Shown: one piece after another, positions 56,440 to 64,000 of the stretch
How the letters are laid out: every line of letters begins with the position of its first letter
Numbering within the stretch: position 1 is the stretch's first letter
Assembly: GCF_009914755.1 (NCBI RefSeq)
Contig: NC_060928.1
Length of the DNA stretch: 64,000 nucleotides
Strand: one strand, 5' to 3'
Origin: the human T2T-CHM13v2.0 reference genome, Homo sapiens
Notes under the pieces: generated by a model
The model's database searches: none
Seen by the model: the letters and a program-made list of their open reading frames with translations, nothing else
Told to the model about the DNA's origin: nothing
Translations under genes and position numbers: made by a program

Positions 56440-59429
56440 ATAGGCAAATTCAATGAAACAGAGTAGTTTGTTAGAAAAGATCAGTGACATTGACAAACCT
56501 CTATCAAGAATTGACAAAGAAAATGTTACTGAAGACACAAATTACAAATGTCAAAAATTAAACACAGGACATCACTAAAGAAACCTGCAGATACCAAAAG
56601 GATAGTAAAGAAATGCTTTGAACAACTCTATACACACAAATTTGAAAACGGATGAAATGGACCAATTTCTTGAAAAACTCAAACCACTCCAGTTCGTCCA
56701 ATATAAAATAGATAACTTGAGTAATGCTATAACTGAAAAAAATTCCTTTTTAGAAACCTCTTTCTCTTGTTTAAAATAATATTCCATGTCCATACGGTTT
56801 CACTGTATAATTCTATCAAACGTTCAATGAATGAATACCAATTCTCTTTCAGAAAATAAAAGGGAACATTTTACATTTAATATATAAAGCTGGTGTTACC
56901 CTGATAGCAAATCCAGACAAAGACAATATTATCAAAATAAGAAGACTACACCAATATCCCTCTCTAATATAGATGCAAAAATCTTTAACAAATTATCAAC
57001 ATACAGAATTCAGCAATCTTTTAAAAGAATTACATAGCAAGATCAAGTGGAGTTTATTGGAGAAATTTAAAGCTGGTTTAATATTTTAAAAATCAATCAA
57101 TATATCGAATTATATTTACAGTGTAAACAAGAAGAATCAGATAACTATATCAATCCTTACAGAAAAATCATTTGACAAAATTCAACATTTGTTCTTGTGA
57201 AAAACTTTCAGGAAAATAGAAATAGAAGAGAATCCTTCAACTTGATAAAGAACATGCACAAAAACCTGCAGCTAATTTACACTTCATTGTAAAAGGCTGA
57301 ATGCTTCTCCCATAAGACCGAGCCCAAGGAAGAATGCCTTCTTTCAACATTTTTACCCATCATAATGCTAGAAGTTTTAGCCAGAGCAATAAAGCAAGAA
57401 GGAGGTCTACAGATCAGAAAGCAAGAAATGCAACTGGCCCTGTTTGCAGATGACATGACTCTTGATTCTCTACATAGAAAAATCTTTACATATCTACAAA
57501 AATAAAACAAAAATCTATTAGAAGTAACATATGAGTTTGACAAAGCCACAGAATACAAGATAAACACATAAAATTAATTATATTTATATATATTATAAAT
57601 AAACTTGTGGACACCCAAATTAAATATATATTTTTAAAATTCTCTTCACTACGATTTTGTTTTTAAATTCTCTGAACTACAATTCCTCAAAAATACAATA
57701 TTTAGATGTAAATCTACCAAAATGTGTATAGTACTTGTATGCCAGCAACTACAATATACTGATGAAAAAAATTTAAAAATCCAAATAGATAGAAAGATAC
57801 ATTGTGTTCATGATTAGAAGATTCAATGTAGTAGAGATTTCAGTTCTAGATATAGATATGATTGTTCTAAAATTAATATGAAAAGATAAAGAAACTAGAA
57901 TAGTTAAACCAATTTGTGAAAGAAAAATGAAGAAAAATAAAGTAATAAAGAATCAGTCCATCTGATTTTAAACTTATGTACCTATGTATCAAAACTGTAA
58001 TTACTAAAGGAATAGACACATAGAGTAATGGAGCAAAATTAAGAACTCAGTAATATATACCCATACAAATATGCCTAACTGAAATTTGACAAAGGTAAAA
58101 AAACAATTCAATGGAAGAATTATCCTTTTTATAAATGATCCTGGGACTAGTGGGAATTTATAAGCCAAAAAAAGAAAAAGAGAAATCTTGACCTAATTCA
58201 AAAATGTACTCAAAGCAAATCATGGACTTAAATGTGATATGGAAAATTACAAATCTTTAAACAAAAAACATAGGGGAAAATCCTCAGGATCTAGGGTTAG
58301 GCAAACATTTCTTAGCCCATGACCCATAAGAAAATTCCTAAATTAGAATGAATCAACATTAAAAACTTGCTTTGTGTAAGGCTCTTTTAAGGGGATGAAA
58401 AGAGGGCTACACTCTGGGAGAAAATATTTGTAAAGCATATATACAAAATATGATGAATATCTAGAATATATAAGGAATTCTTAAAAGTTGAATAATGAAG
58501 TAAAAATTCAATTAGAAAATGGGTAAAAGCAAAGAAAAGAGACTTCACTGATGATTATACATAGCTGGAAAATAAGCAAATATGTTCAACATCATCGGTT
58601 ATGAGGAGAATGCAAATGAAAACCAAAATGAAGTATCAGTACATTACTATTAAAATAACTGAAATAAAAAAGAAATAATGAAATAGCCAAATGTTGGTAA
58701 GGATGTAGAGAAACTGTATCATTATAATATTGCTGGTGAAAATATAAAATGGCTCAGACATTCTGAAAAGTGGTTTGGTAGTTTCTTTAAAAATTAGCAG
58801 GTGACTACCATATGATGCAATAACTGCACTCCTGGGCATTGATTCCATAGAAATAAAAATGTAATTTCCCACAAAAACGTGTGCACACATGTTCATAGCA
58901 GCTTTATTTGTAATAGCTCAAGCTGGAAAATAACACAGGTGTCCTTCAATGAATAAATTATTAAGCAATATCCATACCATAGAATACTACTCAGCAACAA
59001 AAGAGGAACAAATTACTCATTCACACAACAAATGGGATGAATCGTCAGAGAATTATGTTGACTCAAAATAGCCAATACAAAAAGATTACTTACTTTATCA
59101 TTCAATTTATACAATATTTTATAAATAAAAAAATTATAAAACCTATTAGTGGTTGCCAGAAGTTAAAGATAGGGAGGCCTTGGGGCAGGGGCGGGAGTAG
59201 GAGGAAAATTGATATGGTTTTAAAAGGGCAATATAGAGGATTCTTGAGGTGATGGAAATGTTCTGTATCTTTATTGTATCAAGGTCAGGATTATGATTGC
59301 GGTATTGTAGTTTTGCAAGATGTTACCATTGGGGGAAACTGGATAAGGGGTGCACAGCATATCTCTATTATTTCTTACAACTGCATGTGAATCTATCATT
59401 ATCATAAAAATAGTTTAATTTAAAAAAAA
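56440..59429 (+). mobile_element. Old L1M (L1MD/MC-type) ORF2 to 3' end
   Basis: Decayed ORF2 (gatgaaatggaccaatttcttgaaa, atagatgcaaaaatc, ctgtttgcagatgacatga), 3'UTR ttttgcaagatgttaccattgggggaaactgg, A tail. Confidence 0.85.
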
Positions 59430-59444
59430 GAACAGTCAGACAAC

Positions 59445-59750
59445 AAAGGAGTTTTAGAGCAGTGAAGCTACTCTTTATGATACCGTAATGCTGGATATTT
59501 GTCATTTTTCATTTGTCCAAATCCAGAGAATGTATAACAGCAAGAGTGATCCTTCATGTGAACTTTGGACTTTGGGTGACAACAATGTGTCTGTGTAGGT
59601 TTATCAATTGTAAGGAATGTACCAGTCTGGTGAAGGATGTTGATAATGAAGGAGGCTATGCATGGGTTCAAAGAATTATGTTGGAAACCCCTGTACCTTC
59701 TCTCAATTTTATCGTGAATTTAAAACTGCACTAAAAAATATAAAATCCAT
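59445..59750 (+). mobile_element. L1MC1/2-type 3' end
   Basis: ttttagagcagtgaagctactct...ggactttgggtga...tgtaccagtctggtgaaggatgttgataatg...aaaactgcactaaaaaata. Confidence 0.75.
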
Positions 59751-60214
59751 AAAAAATGTCCAACTACTAAATGAGAAACAAAATTAGAAATTCATAATTA
59801 TTCAACTTTCAGTGAATGAACAGATATTGTAATTAACATCAACAGCTGCAAAAAGGACAAAAAAAGAGAGACAACAGATACGATATGCCCCCTATAGCCT
59901 TCACAATCACCATTTATAGTCACACACCAAAGGGAGCAACTCCAAGTTTAATTAACCCTTGGATTCAGACTGGATTATATGAATATACATGGATATTAGG
60001 GGAAATTTGACCAAAAGCGAATTAAGTAAAATCTTTAAAATAAAGATACATTGCAAATTTTAAATTTTGAATGTATTTATGTTGTGTATGCATGTTCCAT
60101 AAGACTAATGGATTAATTTAACTTTATAAGGTGACTCATTTAAGAAATTATTGAAATACAAATTTGAAGTTATTAAGTTAGAAATAAAAAAAAAAGAAAA
60201 GTACTTTTGTTGGT

Positions 60215-60900
60215 TCTCAAACAGACAACATTTGCTGAGATTTCACTGTGCCCTCAGTAGAGTACTAGGCATGGTGTGGACTGCAGAAAAGTTTAGACCA
60301 CAGTTCCTGCGCATAAGGATATTACAATCTAGTTGAGAAGACAACAGCATCATTCAAAAGACAGAGTTCATTAATACAAAACAGGAACATATTCAACAAT
60401 ACATTTTATTGTATTGATAGAAAACAATAGGAATTCAGAGGACAACTCCTCACCAGGCACTGTTATTCCTGATCTTGACAAGGAAGCTTTTAAGAAGATG
60501 AATATATTAAATAAAGCCTTGAGGGATTGGTAGAAATTGTCTGAAAAGAGACACAAAAGAAAATTCAAGATGAGGTATATGAAGAAAGCCAAGAAAACAG
60601 AGATTGGCAGGATGAGTGTAGTTTTTGGAGAGGAAACGAGAAGAGGAAAACAATTAAGCAAAAGATTGATTAAGGAGGAATGAAAAGCCAGACAAGAAGA
60701 GTGAGGAAGGGGAGATTATTTGATCAAGGAAATTACTAGATAAATCTGGCTTTGGATAAGTGATGGAGAGATTAGAGCTAGAAAAACAATTAGGAAATGA
60801 TCAAAAATAAGTCAAGAGGTAGGGAGCTGAGCTAAGCTAAACTAAGACATTGGTGGAGAAAATGGAAAGAAGTTATTCAAATAGAGGAGTTATTTGAAGG
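60215..60900 (-). mobile_element. L2 fragments
   Basis: acatttgctgag...actgtgcc...gtactaggc; tacaatctagttgagaagaca; taaatctggctttgg...attagagctagaaaaacaattagg. Confidence 0.6.
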
Positions 60901-61907
60901 AAAGCCAAGAATTTTCAGTGTAATATATCTTCAGAAAAATGTATACATCAAACATTAGCCACAGTTGGGACTACAAAATAACAAAACAAAACAGATAACC
61001 AATGACAGTAAGAAAGAAAATGTGTTTAATGCTTCATATATTTCACCACCTAATTCAGTCAACCCAAAGAATCATTTCTTATATTACCTGTATGAGAGTC
61101 AATGAAAAAAAGGCCTCATAATGGAAATTTTAAAATAGTTTGATAAATGAAAGATTTGAATCATATAAAAATAGAAAATTCAAAGTTCTAGTTTCTGGTT
61201 TAGTGGAATTACTTGCAGTTTACAGTCTAGCCCCTTGAGCTCTCTCGTGTCTTAAATACCTCGCAACAACTATTCCTAGAGCAGGGTTTTATTAGCGTCT
61301 ACTGCAGTGTATTCTCACTACAGGATTCAGGATAAAGGAAGGGGCTCTAGCTGGAACATGCTGTTCTTGTGACAAATGAAAAAAAGGAAGAGAACCAGTA
61401 AAAACGTGTTATGGATATATGTCATTTTCAATAATAGTCCATTGACCAAATCAACTCACATGACCAGAGCTGCCAATGATCCAAAGAAACATATTGCTCC
61501 CTAGGAAGGCACTGCAAATCACACAGCACTGGGCAGCAAGTAATGAGGTTCTATTAAACAAAATGGAGCATAAAACTGGGAACAATAATATATATCCACA
61601 ATATCTTTTTAAGTAACAATGGTTTTTCCTGTCTCCTTCCCATTTTCCTTTCCCCTTTCTGCTACTTTTCTATGGCTTTCTTATTTGACAGTGGAGTAGA
61701 ATGAAAAAAATCATGTTTCAATGTTGTTCAAATATCAGTGATGTAAAATACAATTTTACAGAAAAGTTATAACTGAAATTCTGCTATTGATTGAATTACT
61801 TGTATTATAAACTATTGAAATATTTATAATATGAAATCAATATAATTTTCTTGTGCTTTTATTTGTTTTACAGCCATGAAAAAGGAAAAATATATATACA
61901 TTAAATA

Positions 61908-64000
61908 CAGATATATCTCATTTTATTTAACTTTGCTTTACTGCACTTCACAGATAATGTCATCCTTACAAATTGAAGCTTTGTGGCAGCCTTGCATGGA
62001 GCAAGATTTCCAACAGCATGTGCTTATTTTTGTGTTTCTGTGTCACATTTTTGTAATGCGCACAGTATTTCAAACTTTATTGTTCTTATTAATATTATAT
62101 TTGGTATGATGATCATAAAGAGTGATCTTTGATGCTACTATTTTAATTATTTTGAGGCATCATGAATCAAACCCACATAATATGGCAAACTTAACGGTTA
62201 ATATGTGTGTTCCAACTAGTCCACTTCCACTGATCAACCATTCCATATCTCTTTCTTTATCCTCAGACCTCTCTGTTCCTAGAATCACAACAATACTGAA
62301 ATTAGGCCAATTAATAGGTCTGCAATGACCTCTGTGTGTTCAAGTGAAAGAAAGAGTCTCAGATCTGTAACTTTAAATCAAAAGCTAAAAATGATTAAGC
62401 TTAGTCAGGAAGGCATGTTGAAAACTCAGATAAGTCAAAAGCTATGCCTCTTGTGCCAAATAGCACAAGTAGTAAATCCAAAGAAAAAGTTCTTGAAGGA
62501 AATTATAAAGTGCTACTCAAGTGAAAACATGAGTGACAAGAAAGTAAAATAGGCTTATTGTTGATATGAAGAAAGTTTGAGTGGTATGGATAAAAGATGA
62601 AATCAGCCACAACATTTCTTTAGGCCAAAGCCTAATTCAGAGCAGGGCCATAACTCTCTTCAATGCTATGAAAGCTGAGACAGATGAGGAAGCTACAGAA
62701 GAAAAGTTGGAAGGTAGCAGAGATTTGTTCATGAAGTTTAAAAAATAAGCCATCTCCATACCATCAAACTTCAAGTTGAAGAAGCAAGTACTTGTGTAGA
62801 AGCTGAAGCAAATCAACCAGAGGATTTAGCTAAGATAATTAATGAAGGTGGATGCACTAAACAACAGATTTTCAATGAAGACACAACAGCCTTCCATTGG
62901 GAGAAGAAGCCATCTAGGACATCCATAGCCAGGGAAGATAAGACAATGTCTGGATTCAAAGTTTGAAAGAACAGGCTAACTCTCTTGTTGAGAGCTAATG
63001 CACCTGGTCACTTTAATTTAAAGTTAATAATCACTGACCATTCCAAAAGTTCTGGGTCCCTTAAGAACTATGGTAAACATACTCTACCTGTGCCCTACAT
63101 ATGAACAACAAAGCTTTGATGACGACACATCTGTTTAGAGCATGGTTTACTAGATATTTTAAGCCCAGTGTTGAGACCTAGTGCTCAGTAAAAAAAGGAA
63201 TCCTTTCAAAATATTACTCATTGACAATGTGATGGTCACACAAGAGCACTGATGGAGATGCACAAGGAGACGAATGTTGCTTGCATATCTGCCAACAAAA
63301 CATCAATTCTGTAGCCTGAGTATCAAGGAGTTATTATGACTTTTAATTTTTATTATCTAGGATATATATTTCATAAGGCTATAGCTGCCACAGATAATGA
63401 TTCCTCTGATAGATCTTGGGAACATGAATTGAAAACCTATGGAAAGCATTCACCATTTGAAAATACAAATGCCATTAAGAACATTTATGATTCATGGGAG
63501 GAGGTCAACGTATCAACATTATCAGGAGTTTTGAAGAAGTTGGTTACAGTCCTCACGAATGACTTAGAGAGGTTCAAGACTTCAGTGGAGGAAGTAACTG
63601 CGAATGTGGTGAAAACAGTAAAAGAAGTATCATTAGAATTGGAGCCTTAAGATGTGACTGAATTGCTGCAATCTCATCATGGATGAGGAGTTGCTTCTTA
63701 TGGTTGAGAAAAGAAAGTAGTTTCTTAAGATCGATTTTACTTCTGGTGAAAATGCTGTGAAGGTTATTGAAAGAACAACAAAGGATTTATTATATTACAT
63801 AAACTTGGTAAAGCAGCAAGTATCTCAAACCCTGCAGTTTGACACAATTGACAGCATCCTGATCAGCCAGCAGCCATCAACTTTGAGGCAACACTCTCCA
63901 CCAGCAAAAAGACTGTGTGACCAAAAAATTGTGTGACTTGCTGTATTTCACTATTTGCTTTATTGCAGTGTTCTGGAACTAAACCTACAATATCTCTGAG
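61908..64000 (+). mobile_element. Tigger1 DNA transposon, near full length; 3' TIR cut by window edge
   Basis: TA then cagatatatctcattttatt (5' TIR); ends tttattgcagtgttctggaactaaacctacaatatctctgag, just short of the consensus end. Confidence 0.93.
62325..63720 (+). pseudogene. Tigger1 pogo-like transposase, many stops and frameshifts
   Basis: [31 protein letters not shown] (CENP-B-like HTH start as in Tigger1/TIGD1); cagattttcaatgaagacacaaca (QIFN.DET region); 63336-63650 C-terminal part. Confidence 0.88.

Noticed and set aside
62325-63650. TIGD1-like gene
   Set aside because: Frame broken many times and lies inside a Tigger1 copy with TIRs

Overview
AT-rich primate (human-like) genomic DNA with no recognisable protein-coding gene, RNA gene or CpG island; it reads as intergenic or deep intronic. 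Most interpretable sequence is transposon-derived: eight Alus (S and Y), a young 5'-truncated L1PA2-type insertion (35363-38287, -), an older L1PA fragment with a twin-priming inversion (39331-41339), old L1M/L2/MIR/CR1 relics, MaLR and ERV1 solo LTRs, a two-LTR THE1 provirus with perfect TSD (52764-54936, -), and DNA transposons (Tigger3a, Charlie1, MER53, MER58A, MER5A, near full-length Tigger1 running off the right edge). All long ORFs are L1 ORF2, THE1-internal, Tigger1 transposase or Alu/LTR read-through. I found no convincing novel biological system. The best second-look items are an L1 insertion with target-site deletion instead of a TSD, a multi-layer nested TE stack, the L1 inversion junction, and a well-formed 100-nt minus-strand exon candidate (34376-34475). 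Family names come from remembered consensus sequences rather than a search, so subfamily calls and the boundaries of old elements are approximate.
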